Shown here piece by piece: positions 35,541 to 44,426 of a stretch of 64,000 nt of DNA. Below the pieces are notes generated by a model, which saw only the letters and a program-made list of their open reading frames with translations, was not told the origin of the DNA and ran no database searches. The position numbers and the translations under genes are program-made. The stretch's first letter is position 1, and every line of letters begins with the position of its first letter. Source of the DNA: Phycisphaerae bacterium (lineage in GTDB: Bacteria; Planctomycetota; Phycisphaerae; UBA1845; Fen-1342); contig JASFQK010000006.1 in assembly GCA_050115495.1 (NCBI GenBank), forward strand, positions 64,001-128,000. Reading direction: 5' to 3'.

Positions 35541-37991
35541 CTACTCGTGGTCATCCGCGTCGCCGGAATCACTCGCGGAAGCATCGGGACCGCCGGCAGT
35601 CTGCTCGTCGCCATCGCCGTCCGATGCGCTGGGCTGTGAAGAGGCTTGGCCTTGGTCGTCGCTGTCCGCAGAGCGTTCGTCGACCGCGCCGGCAGCGGCG
35701 CTGGCCGCCGACTGCCCGCCGGCCCGCTCCCACGCCTCGGCATCGAGCCGCGGGAAGCTGATCTGGCACGTGCCCGGCTCGGGCAGACCCACGTGGGCCT
35801 GACCGTTCCGGTCCAACGAACCGCGCCGCACCTCGCCATCCGGACGCGTGATCTCGTAACGCTCGCCCGCCACCGGCTGCCCCGCCTCGTCCACCAGTTC
35901 GATCTCGATCCACGACGTCTGCTGCTCTTCCTCCTCCGCCTCCGCCGGCGCGGCCTCCATCTGCTCGAGCTCCAGCGCCTCCGGCGGCGCGGCTTCCGCC
36001 TGGTACGTCGTATCGTGTCCGGGCACCGCGCCATCCGCGTCCACGGTCGCCTCCGGCGCCGTCAGCGATGCCGCCGAGCCACTGCCCCCCGATCCGCCAC
36101 TGTTGATCTTCACCTGCGCACCGAGGATGGTGACGCCGCTCGCGTCAATCTTGACGAAGTTACCGCCCGCCTTGAGCGTCAACCCGGCACCGGCCTCGAT
36201 AACGATGTTCGCCCCCGCCTTCAGGTAGATGTCACTTGCCGTGTTCTCGCTGTGCTTGCCGCCGATCTCCACAGCGACGTCACCCACGACCTCCAGCGAC
36301 TGGTTGCCACCGATCTTCTCGTTGAAATCGAGCGCAACCTCGCTGTGCTTCTTCTGCTTGACCAGCTCGAACTTCTGTTCCTTGACGGTCAGGTAGTGGT
36401 TATGCCCAACGTTCTCGACACGGTCGCTGTTGACGCGCACGTGCAGATCCTTCTGCGCATACAGCAGGATCTGCTCGCTGCCCACCTTGTCCTCGAACCG
36501 CAGCTCGTTCGTCCCGTCGCCGCCCTTCGAGCTGTTCGTCTTGATGCAGCTCTTCGTCTTTTCATCCGGAAGCGTGTACGGCGGCATCTGGTCGTTGTTG
36601 TAGACCCGCCCCGTGACGATCGGCCGGTCCGGATCGCCCTCCAGGAAATCGACGATCACCTCCTGCCCCACCCGCGGCAGGAACATGATGCCATACTGCC
36701 CACCCGCCAACCCCTGGCTCACCCGCACCCAGAACGAACTGTTCTCGTCGTACACGCCCTCCTGGTCCCAGTGGAACTGCACCTTCACCCGGCCGTACTC
36801 GTCGGTGTAGATCTCTTCGCCCGACGGCCCCACCACGATCGCCGTCTGGCTGCCGCGCACCGTGGGTCGCGGCGTTGTCCGCGGCGCTCGGTAGGGCACG
36901 TCCGACGGAATCGCCGTAATCTCGACCTCGTACCGCAGACCCTGCTCGCCGGCCTCCTCCGCCGCGCTCTGCGGCTGCGTCGCACGGTGCGTCAGGCCGG
37001 TCACCAGGTACTCGCGGTTCAGCGCCTCACTCGGATGCTCGATCAACGTGAACTTGTACCCGGACAGCAACCCCCGCGCCGTCGCGCTCATGTACTGCGT
37101 GTGCCGCGCCGCCTGAAACTCCTGCAGCCGCAGTTGCACGTAGTGCTCGCCGACCGTGCGATCTACGTAGTTGCCGGGGTAATCCACATAATCCAGTGAC
37201 GAGAACACATCCGCCGCCAGGTTCGCCCGCAACTGCGTCTTCGGCTGCTGGAAGTTGAAGGCGTCCAACGTCACCGCCCCCGTCCGAATCTCCTCCCGGT
37301 CCCGCAACCGGTAGACCGCCTCGTGTTCCTGGTCCGGCACCAGACCCTGCGGCGGCCGGAACGGATACTCCGCCTCGTTCGGCGTAGCCACGTGCGCCAC
37401 GTCACTGTCGGCGATCACCATCTTGTGACCGTCGGTGGTGTGCTCGAAGAAGTAGAAGATCCCCTCGTGCTCCATCAGCCGCGAGATGAACGCCAGCTCC
37501 GACTCGCGGTACTGCACCACCATCTCACGCGCCGCGTACGTCTCTTGGAGAGCAAACCGATAGCTGTCCTCCGGGATACCGGCGTCGGCGAACACCTTCC
37601 GGATGATCCCCGGCACCGACATGTCCGAGCAGTTCGTCTCCAGGAACAGCCGGGAGCGGTACCGGTTCGCTAACAACCAGTGAACAGGCACGACTTCCGC
37701 CGCATAGTACGTCAGGCTCGAACCCTCCCCCGTCCGCTCGAACCCTCGCACAATACCGCTCACACACCGCAGCCCGCTGGGCCCGGAGATCTCCAGCAGG
37801 GCCGGCTTGCCGACCACGTCGGCCAGCGCGATGTTCGCCTCGTCCGAGCAGAGCGACACCCGAAAGTGAAACAGCTCGCTCAGACCCTCGCGACCCTCGA
37901 ACGCGGTGACCTTCAGGACGTCGGGCGTTAGCTCACCCGCCCGAAAGGTGAAATCCGCTGTATGCCCCGGGCGGGCGGGAGATGCCGCCAT
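35541..37991 (-). CDS. vgrG: Type VI secretion spike protein VgrG with C-terminal transthyretin-like extension and acidic tail
   Basis: FEGREGLSELF, VQYRESELAFISRLMEHEGIFYFFEH, EEIYTDEYGRVKVQFHWD, FLPRVGQEVIVDFLEGDPDRPIVTGRVYN, NELRFEDK; RBS GGAGGTG before ATG 37991. Confidence 0.97.
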   Translation of the reverse strand: MAASPARPGHTADFTFRAGELTPDVLKVTAFEGREGLSELFHFRVSLCSDEANIALADVVGKPALLEISGPSGLRCVSGIVRGFERTGEGSSLTYYAAEVVPVHWLLANRYRSRLFLETNCSDMSVPGIIRKVFADAGIPEDSYRFALQETYAAREMVVQYRESELAFISRLMEHEGIFYFFEHTTDGHKMVIADSDVAHVATPNEAEYPFRPPQGLVPDQEHEAVYRLRDREEIRTGAVTLDAFNFQQPKTQLRANLAADVFSSLDYVDYPGNYVDRTVGEHYVQLRLQEFQAARHTQYMSATARGLLSGYKFTLIEHPSEALNREYLVTGLTHRATQPQSAAEEAGEQGLRYEVEITAIPSDVPYRAPRTTPRPTVRGSQTAIVVGPSGEEIYTDEYGRVKVQFHWDQEGVYDENSSFWVRVSQGLAGGQYGIMFLPRVGQEVIVDFLEGDPDRPIVTGRVYNNDQMPPYTLPDEKTKSCIKTNSSKGGDGTNELRFEDKVGSEQILLYAQKDLHVRVNSDRVENVGHNHYLTVKEQKFELVKQKKHSEVALDFNEKIGGNQSLEVVGDVAVEIGGKHSENTASDIYLKAGANIVIEAGAGLTLKAGGNFVKIDASGVTILGAQVKINSGGSGGSGSAASLTAPEATVDADGAVPGHDTTYQAEAAPPEALELEQMEAAPAEAEEEEQQTSWIEIELVDEAGQPVAGERYEITRPDGEVRRGSLDRNGQAHVGLPEPGTCQISFPRLDAEAWERAGGQSAASAAAGAVDERSADSDDQGQASSQPSASDGDGDEQTAGGPDASASDSGDADDHE

Positions 37992-38060
37992 GTCGTTCAC
38001 CTCCGATTTCGTCCTGCGCAATGAGACCTGATGCCGGCAAAAAATGAAGAGACACTGCCC

Positions 38061-38113
38061 GGCGAAAGGTAGGAGCCCGTACAAGTTGTATGCCTTTCGC
38101 CCGATAGTGTCAA
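38061..38113 (-). promoter_or_regulatory. Candidate vgrG promoter overlapped by inverted repeats
   Basis: TTGACA (38113-38108), N17, TACAAC; IR GGCGAAAGG (38061-38069)/CCTTTCGCC (38093-38101); TACAA-G-TTGTA (38080-38090). Confidence 0.45.
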
Positions 38114-38234
38114 TGATTTGTACCTGCCCCGACCGCTCATCAAAGCAGGGTATAGACACCTCGCGACGCGCGCTTCCGCGAGTCCCCCCCCCGACCGTCG
38201 AGCGCGGACCCCCACCCCTCTTCCAGGCAGCTCC

Positions 38235-39425
38235 CTAGCGCCGCAGGAAGTACTCCATAAGGTCGCACCCGCGGTCCAGGTGCATCTCCCCATCCGCCGC
38301 CGTCGCCTCGTCGAACGCCTCCCCGCGACTCGACCCGATCCCCGTCCCCGCCATCAGGAAGACCGTCGGACCGGCCAGGTGCCGCCGCTCGATTACCGAC
38401 GTGCCGTGATCCGGCATCACCAGCAAACGGTACTGCGACTCCGCCCGCAGCCGGACATACAGCGGCGCAACCACGTCGCGGTCGAGCGCTTCCAGCAGCG
38501 CCACCTTCCGCTGCACCTCGCCGGCGTGCGACAGCTCATCCGCTGCCTCGACGTGAACGCAGACCACGTCGTGCTGGTCCAGGGCCCGCACCGCAGCTCG
38601 GCCCTTCGCCCCCAAATCGGTGTCGGGCAGGCCGGTCGCCCCCGGCACATCGAGCACGTCCCAGCCAACCGCCCGGGCCAGGCCCCGCACCCGATCCACC
38701 CCCGCCACCATCGCCCCGCGCACGCCAAACCGCTCGGCGAACGCCGGCAGCTCCGCCTGCGGCCCCTGCCCGTACACCCAGACGGCGTTGGCTGGGTTCT
38801 CGCCCAGGTCCTGCCGCACCGCATTGATGTCGTGCTCGGCCAGCCGGTGCTGCGCCCAGTGAAACATCCGTACCAGCGGCTCGGAGCCCGCCCCCGCCGG
38901 CAGGTGCCGCTTCACCGCCTGGTCCACCAGCCCCTGCGGATCCGTCGTCCGCAGCCGCGGCAGCGGTCCCGCGTCACGCCAGAAGAACAGCCCCCGGTAC
39001 GACCGGCCGGCGTGAAACGAGACACTTCGATCTTCCAATGCTTCGTTTAGGTCCGCCAGCAACTGCCCCGCCTGCACTGTATCAATGTAGCCGGCTGCCA
39101 GGTCCAGCAGCCGCCCGTCCATCACCGTCACCAAGTTGCAGCGGAAAACCAGATCGTTCTCCCCCACCGGCAGCCCGCGGGCCAGCGCTTCCAGCGGGCC
39201 TCGCGCCACCGCGTGACTCCGCGGATCGTAGCCCAGCACGCTAAGCACCGTTAACTCGCCGCACGGCGCCATCCCCGTGGGCACCGTCCGCGCCGTGCCC
39301 GTGCGGCCGATGGCGGCCAACTCGTCGAGCGTGGGCAGCGCCGCAGCCTCCAGCGGGGTACGCCCGTCCAGTTCCTCCAGGGCTTCACCGGCGGCGCCAG
39401 AAGGGATGATGATGGCGTGCTTCAT
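38235..39425 (-). CDS. ApgM-like (cofactor-independent phosphoglycerate mutase family) protein with altered active site
   Basis: GRTPLEAA, SVLGYDP, RGPLEA, FRCNLVT, HVEAADELSH, MPDHGT. Confidence 0.85.
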   Translation of the reverse strand: MKHAIIIPSGAAGEALEELDGRTPLEAAALPTLDELAAIGRTGTARTVPTGMAPCGELTVLSVLGYDPRSHAVARGPLEALARGLPVGENDLVFRCNLVTVMDGRLLDLAAGYIDTVQAGQLLADLNEALEDRSVSFHAGRSYRGLFFWRDAGPLPRLRTTDPQGLVDQAVKRHLPAGAGSEPLVRMFHWAQHRLAEHDINAVRQDLGENPANAVWVYGQGPQAELPAFAERFGVRGAMVAGVDRVRGLARAVGWDVLDVPGATGLPDTDLGAKGRAAVRALDQHDVVCVHVEAADELSHAGEVQRKVALLEALDRDVVAPLYVRLRAESQYRLLVMPDHGTSVIERRHLAGPTVFLMAGTGIGSSRGEAFDEATAADGEMHLDRGCDLMEYFLRR

Positions 39426-39535
39426 CGCGGTGGGACCTTGCCGAAGACGACCGCGCCTTCAGCCGCGGTCAAGCGCAACATGATATCGCCCAACCACGAG
39501 TTTGCACGCTCGGAAGACTGACTTCCCCCGCCCGA

Positions 39536-40222
39536 TTACGCCGGCTGGTACGCCAGATCCGGGGCCGCCTCGGCGACGAAACGCCCCTCCCGGGCCGCAC
39601 ACAGTTCCGCCGGCACGCCCCCGACCACCGTCTCCGGCGCTACGTCGCGGATCACCACCGCGCCCGGCTCAACGTGCGCCCCGCGGCCGATCCTGCGCCC
39701 CGGGATCACACAGCAGCCGATGCCCAGCGTGGCCATCTCGTCGATGAACACGGTCCCCGCCAACCGCACCGCCGGATACAGGAAAACCCCGCGACCGATG
39801 ATGTTGTCGTGCTCGATGATCGAGCCGGGGCTCAGGACAGCGTGGGCCCCGATCCGGGCGTGCACGCAGATGCACACGCGTGCCCCGATGATCAGGTGCT
39901 CGCCCAGCACCGCTGTCGGCGAGATGCTGGCCAACGGATGAACCGCCGACACCAGGCTCAGGCCGCGCCGTTGCAGCTCACCGGCCAGCGCCAAACGCGT
40001 CGCATTGTCGCCAACCGCCACCACGGCGCCGGCGATGCCCGTGCGCGCCAGCCGGCCGGCCTGCTCGATTCCTCCCAACACCGGCAGCCCGTCCACCAGC
40101 GCCCCGTGCAGCGCGCGGTTCGAGTCCAGGAACGCCACCGGACGATGACGATTTCCCTGGCGCAGAATGTCCAGGACCATCCGCCCCAGTCCCCCGACTC
40201 CAAGAATCGCAACATCGCCCAT
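39536..40222 (-). CDS. NeuD/PglD-family sugar acetyltransferase
   Basis: ILGVGGLGR, VAVGDNATR, VHP, IIEHD, hexapeptide repeats, VGGVPA. Confidence 0.9.
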   Translation of the reverse strand: MGDVAILGVGGLGRMVLDILRQGNRHRPVAFLDSNRALHGALVDGLPVLGGIEQAGRLARTGIAGAVVAVGDNATRLALAGELQRRGLSLVSAVHPLASISPTAVLGEHLIIGARVCICVHARIGAHAVLSPGSIIEHDNIIGRGVFLYPAVRLAGTVFIDEMATLGIGCCVIPGRRIGRGAHVEPGAVVIRDVAPETVVGGVPAELCAAREGRFVAEAAPDLAYQPA

Positions 40223-40355
40223 GCCAGGACTCCCCCCACTCTATCGGTGCATTCCGACCGCTTCCTCCCTTGACCTCCGTCCCTCCTTTTTGTGGTACGA
40301 TGATTGCACTGTCTTCATCACCCTCGCGGCCTGACCTCGACGGGAGCGCAGACCC

Positions 40356-40913
40356 ATGCAGCGTTTGATCATCAGCAGCGTGATCCTGGCGGCGGCGCTC
40401 GGCGCCGCTTTCCCCGTCGGCGACGACCAGTCGCTTGCCCAGCAGCCCCCTCAGGCAACCTCCCAACCCACGGATACCCAGCCCGCCGCCGGCAACCAGG
40501 GCGTCCGGCCACCCGCACAGGTCGAGATTATCGAGAACCTGCTTCGCGATCGCGACCGATCCACCCTCATCCTCCCCCAGGACCCCGAGTCCATCGCCCG
40601 CGATGCCCGGCCGGCAACCGGCTCCGGCGGCCAGCTCCTGGCCGAGGGGACCATGCTCGTCGAACGCCCCGGACGCTTCGTCGTCCAGGACGGCAAGCCG
40701 ACCTTCATCTTCCACAGCATCGAAGCCGGCCCCGCCCTGCGGCAAATGGAGCTCCTGCCCAACGGCTTCCTCGAGGCCCTGGAGGGCGAGGCGGAGCGCG
40801 TCGACAACCCCGAGTTCGTGATCTCAGGAGAGGTCACCTGCTACCGAGGGCGCAATTACCTGCTTCTGACGAAGATTCTGCGCCGCAGCAGCCACGGAAA
40901 TCTGGCCCCTTAG
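40356..40913 (+). CDS. Hypothetical secreted protein
   Basis: Signal peptide; ATSQP linker; LLAEGTMLVERPGR...ELLPN...FVISGEVTCYRGRNYLL. Confidence 0.75.
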   Translation: MQRLIISSVILAAALGAAFPVGDDQSLAQQPPQATSQPTDTQPAAGNQGVRPPAQVEIIENLLRDRDRSTLILPQDPESIARDARPATGSGGQLLAEGTMLVERPGRFVVQDGKPTFIFHSIEAGPALRQMELLPNGFLEALEGEAERVDNPEFVISGEVTCYRGRNYLLLTKILRRSSHGNLAP

Positions 40914-41144
40914 AATGGGTGGTCCAGGTAAAATAGTAAAAATCTGCCCGACACCCCAACCTATTTCATCCAGACTGAAACCATTTCACTGGGCCCAGAT
41001 CTAGTGGCCCCACGTCATCGGCTTTCCCTATTTCGTTGGTTGTCAACTATGTCAACAGCCATTCTCCGATTCCCCCTGCTCAAATGGTAAAACAGGCAAC
41101 CTTTTTCAGGACCCACTACGGCAAAATCGTGGTATGCTTCATCT

Positions 41145-41464
41145 GTTAGCCGGTCAAACTGGGTAATACCAGGTGACTACCGAAACCGGAGAGCTGGCGA
41201 TAACAGAAGGGTATTGTGGATCCCGGTCGCAGAGCTGCTCACGGAAGGGCTGCAGACGACCAACCGCATCGGCACGGAACGGACGCCATGTCGATGCACT
41301 TATTCGCCGGGGGCCCTCGGCGATGCTTAGACGCCGGGTGGAATAGCTGACGCAGACGTCCTTAGGCCATCAACAGGACTCGTACCATACTCCGTGCTTG
41401 ATGGCCCCCTCGCTCAAACCCAACCCTCCTGAGGACGTCGGTTGGCTACCCACCCGTCTTTTTT
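41145..41464 (+). ncRNA. Putative structured non-coding RNA ending in a long hairpin and T6 tract
   Basis: Extended -10 TGGTATGCT at 41130-41138; several hairpins; ~135-nt stem 41329-41459 with C-rich bulge; TTTTTT at 41459-41464; no long ORF. Confidence 0.5.
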
Positions 41465-41483
41465 GCGCTCACACCGGGAGCGG

Positions 41484-44426
41484 TTACGGCGACGCCGCCC
41501 GCCCCAGCCGAACCCAGCAGAACAGCTCCGCCGACCGCTGACCCTCCAACCCACGCCCCCACAGCAGCGGCACACGCGGGAAACCGTCGGCATCATCATC
41601 CACGTAACGAGCCGCGAGGCGTAGCTGCAGCCCCGGCTCCAGCCGCCCGCCCAGGGTCCCGCCCGGGATCGTCAGGTGGTATACGCGGATCTTGCCGTCG
41701 CTCCCGGGCTCGACCGCACAGCTCCACCGCTTGATGCGGGCGTCGTCCAGGGCCGCGTAGGCCGCCGACAGAACCGGTCGCTTGGCCGCCGGATCCAGCC
41801 GCACCTCGTAGTGACCGGGCGCATCCCGCACGGCGAGCCCCAGCACGAGGTCGTCCCCCGCCATCACCACATCCTGCTCCAGCGTCGCCGGCACGTAGCG
41901 CTCATCGCTCACCCGCACCGCCAGGTGCAGCTCCTTCTCGTCATACGCCGCGTAGACCTCGGCCTCGGCGGTTGCCCGCTGCCCCTCCTGCGGCGCCAGC
42001 CGGCCGATCAAGTTCTCTGCCCGGGTCAGGTGCTCTCCCGGACGTGACCGCTGCGGAATGTCCACGATCGGCCGCACTTCCACCGGCACATCCGCCCGAC
42101 GATCCGGCAGGCGAACCCGCAGCGTCAACTCGGACCGCTCGAACGACCGCCCCGCCACCGGCGTCACTTCCACCGACCGCTCCACGGTCTGCCCGGCCGA
42201 CGCCGTGAACGACTGCTGACTCGGCGTGGCGTTGAACGGAGCATCTTCCGGCAGGATCACCTGCAGCGAGCCGCGCGTCCCATCGGTCAGCGCATCGATC
42301 GCCACTGGCGCGGACTCGCCCGGTGCGCAGAAAACGACTGTCGGAACGCGCACCCATGGCCGGACCAGCGCGATCTGCGGCTCAGGCTGGGCGCTATCCA
42401 GCCGCAAAACAATAAAAATCGGCCGGGGCATCGTCGCGACCAGCGGCACCGTCGCCGTCCCCCGCACCGGCTGCCGACGGCGCTCGAAATCCCACGCCTC
42501 CAGGCTGCCCGGGACACCCTGGATCGGGGCGAGGACGGCGTTGGGGATCGTGTTCGGGCGCGGCAGCAGCACCGCCACGTGCCGATCGCTGCCGATGAAC
42601 AAAGCCGACTCGTATTCCGGAGGCGTACCGAGCAGCGGCCCACGGCATCCCGCCCCGGTGAGCATGCCCACTGCCGCCCCATAACCCAGCAGGCTCGCCT
42701 TCGGCGAGAAGTCGCGCCGGGCCAGACCTCGCAAACCGGCGGGGTGAGCCGGGTCGTTGTCGTTGTCACGCAGGTCGTCCCAAATCACGCCCGCCACGCC
42801 GGCCAGGGCTGCATGCACGTAGTGCCGCAGCACGGCCTCGGCATCGACCGCATACGTCGGACCATAGAGCGGCTGGGCCTCGTGCTCCCACCAGTGGTTC
42901 GACCGCCAGCCCGCCGGCGACGTGGCGCTCATGCCCTCCAGCGCCGCCACGGCCGTACCGGTCGACCCGGTGCTGCCGAAGCACCAGTCAATGTCGCCCG
43001 TCTCAACGGCCAGCGCCGCCGCCGAGTTCGCCCCGGCCGGCAGGGGCGGCGACAGCACGTGCACGCCGCCACGAACGGCCCCGACGCGCTCGCGGAGCTG
43101 ACGCATGTCAGCGGTCAGCGCGGCCACGTCCGTCGTCGGCAGCACGTCGCCTTCAACCTGGTAGTGCGCGACCTTCGGCCCATAGTGCCGCGTGAACTGC
43201 ACGAGCAGGTCGCCAAGCCGCGTCGTTCGTTCCGGCCCGGCGCGGCTCCACGCCGGCGGCTCGCTGACGATGATCAGCGGGGCGATGTCGACGCCCTTGC
43301 GCACCAGCGCGTCGACGACCGGATCGAGCACGCTGAAGTCATACGACCCCGGCGCCGGCTCGATCAGCCGCCACGGTGTCACCACCGCCAGCAACTGCAC
43401 ACCGACCGCCCGCGCAATGCCGATCTCGCGAAGCTGATCCGTCCGCGGCTCACGCAGCAGGTCGGTCCGCACGCCGAAGAACGTCGACCGCCCCCTCGGC
43501 AGAAACCGGTTCGACGGCGTCACCGCCACCGACGTGCGCGCGATGTACGGTGCACTCCAGTCGGCGGATTGCGCCCGGGCCACCAACTGATACAGACCCG
43601 GTTCGTCGATGCGCCGCGAGAAATCCACCGCCTGACGCGACCGGAAGTCCCGGCCGCTCGCCGGCAGCGTCATCACCGCCCGCCCCGTCTCCAGCACCGA
43701 CCCATCCGGCCGCATCCACGCCAACTCGATCGACAGGCGCAGCCCCTGGTCGCGCGAACGGTTCTCGATCTCAACCTGGGCCCCGACCGTCGCCCCTGGC
43801 GAATACAGCCGCGTCGGCTCGTCGAGCACGAACCGGCCGTGGATCATGTCCTCGCGGGCCACGCGGTGCTCGACGTGCAGATCGTCCAGGTAGAGCATCT
43901 GCCGCCCGAGCCGCTCCGACGTAACCCGCACGCCCTGGATCTCGATCGGCCAGGTGAGCGGACCGCCACCCGTCTTGCGTTGCAGCTTCGCCGGATCCAG
44001 GTCCACCGCCACCGGCACCCAGCGGTTGTACGTCTTGATCTGCTGCAAAGGCGTTTCGAAGAGCTGGTCACGCGCGTCGCGGATGCGGAAGGCTAGGCCG
44101 TACTCCCCCTCCTTCAGCCAGTAGAACATCGCCACGCGCCCTGCGCTGGCGAACCGCTCCGGTTCGCGCAACTGCAGATCGCACGCCAATGATACTCCCC
44201 GCCGCGTCGCCCCGATGTCCAGGGCCAGGCAAAATTGCCCACGGGCCGGCACCGCCCGCCGCGCCGTCGAACACTCCGTCGGCAGGATGTTCCGCAGCTC
44301 ACCGAACTCCGCGGCGACTGAGTCGTCCTCGAAGTCGGCCAGCACTGTGATAACCGGCACATCGGCCAGCGCCCCGCCGCCCAGCAGCGACAGCACAGCC
44401 AGCACCGCCGCCAGCACCGACGGCAT
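41484..44426 (-). CDS. Secreted 980-aa protein with CBM-like N-terminus, degenerate GH-A-like barrel and CBM9-like C-terminus
   Basis: Signal peptide from ATG 44426; WRLIEPAPGSYDFSVLDPVVD; AAYDEKELHLAVRVSDE; TGATG coupling with the upstream gene. Confidence 0.75.
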   Translation of the reverse strand: MPSVLAAVLAVLSLLGGGALADVPVITVLADFEDDSVAAEFGELRNILPTECSTARRAVPARGQFCLALDIGATRRGVSLACDLQLREPERFASAGRVAMFYWLKEGEYGLAFRIRDARDQLFETPLQQIKTYNRWVPVAVDLDPAKLQRKTGGGPLTWPIEIQGVRVTSERLGRQMLYLDDLHVEHRVAREDMIHGRFVLDEPTRLYSPGATVGAQVEIENRSRDQGLRLSIELAWMRPDGSVLETGRAVMTLPASGRDFRSRQAVDFSRRIDEPGLYQLVARAQSADWSAPYIARTSVAVTPSNRFLPRGRSTFFGVRTDLLREPRTDQLREIGIARAVGVQLLAVVTPWRLIEPAPGSYDFSVLDPVVDALVRKGVDIAPLIIVSEPPAWSRAGPERTTRLGDLLVQFTRHYGPKVAHYQVEGDVLPTTDVAALTADMRQLRERVGAVRGGVHVLSPPLPAGANSAAALAVETGDIDWCFGSTGSTGTAVAALEGMSATSPAGWRSNHWWEHEAQPLYGPTYAVDAEAVLRHYVHAALAGVAGVIWDDLRDNDNDPAHPAGLRGLARRDFSPKASLLGYGAAVGMLTGAGCRGPLLGTPPEYESALFIGSDRHVAVLLPRPNTIPNAVLAPIQGVPGSLEAWDFERRRQPVRGTATVPLVATMPRPIFIVLRLDSAQPEPQIALVRPWVRVPTVVFCAPGESAPVAIDALTDGTRGSLQVILPEDAPFNATPSQQSFTASAGQTVERSVEVTPVAGRSFERSELTLRVRLPDRRADVPVEVRPIVDIPQRSRPGEHLTRAENLIGRLAPQEGQRATAEAEVYAAYDEKELHLAVRVSDERYVPATLEQDVVMAGDDLVLGLAVRDAPGHYEVRLDPAAKRPVLSAAYAALDDARIKRWSCAVEPGSDGKIRVYHLTIPGGTLGGRLEPGLQLRLAARYVDDDADGFPRVPLLWGRGLEGQRSAELFCWVRLGRAASP

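Noticed and set aside
35495..36034. N-terminal extension of paralog 1 (and 37992..38159 extension of VgrG)
   Set aside because: Overlaps the vgrG tail or promoter; strong RBSs precede ATG 35494 and ATG 37991.
41329..41464. Identification of the hairpin as 6S, SRP, tmRNA or RNase P RNA
   Set aside because: The bulge is one-sided rather than a central bubble, and I found none of the signature motifs; kept only as an unassigned ncRNA.
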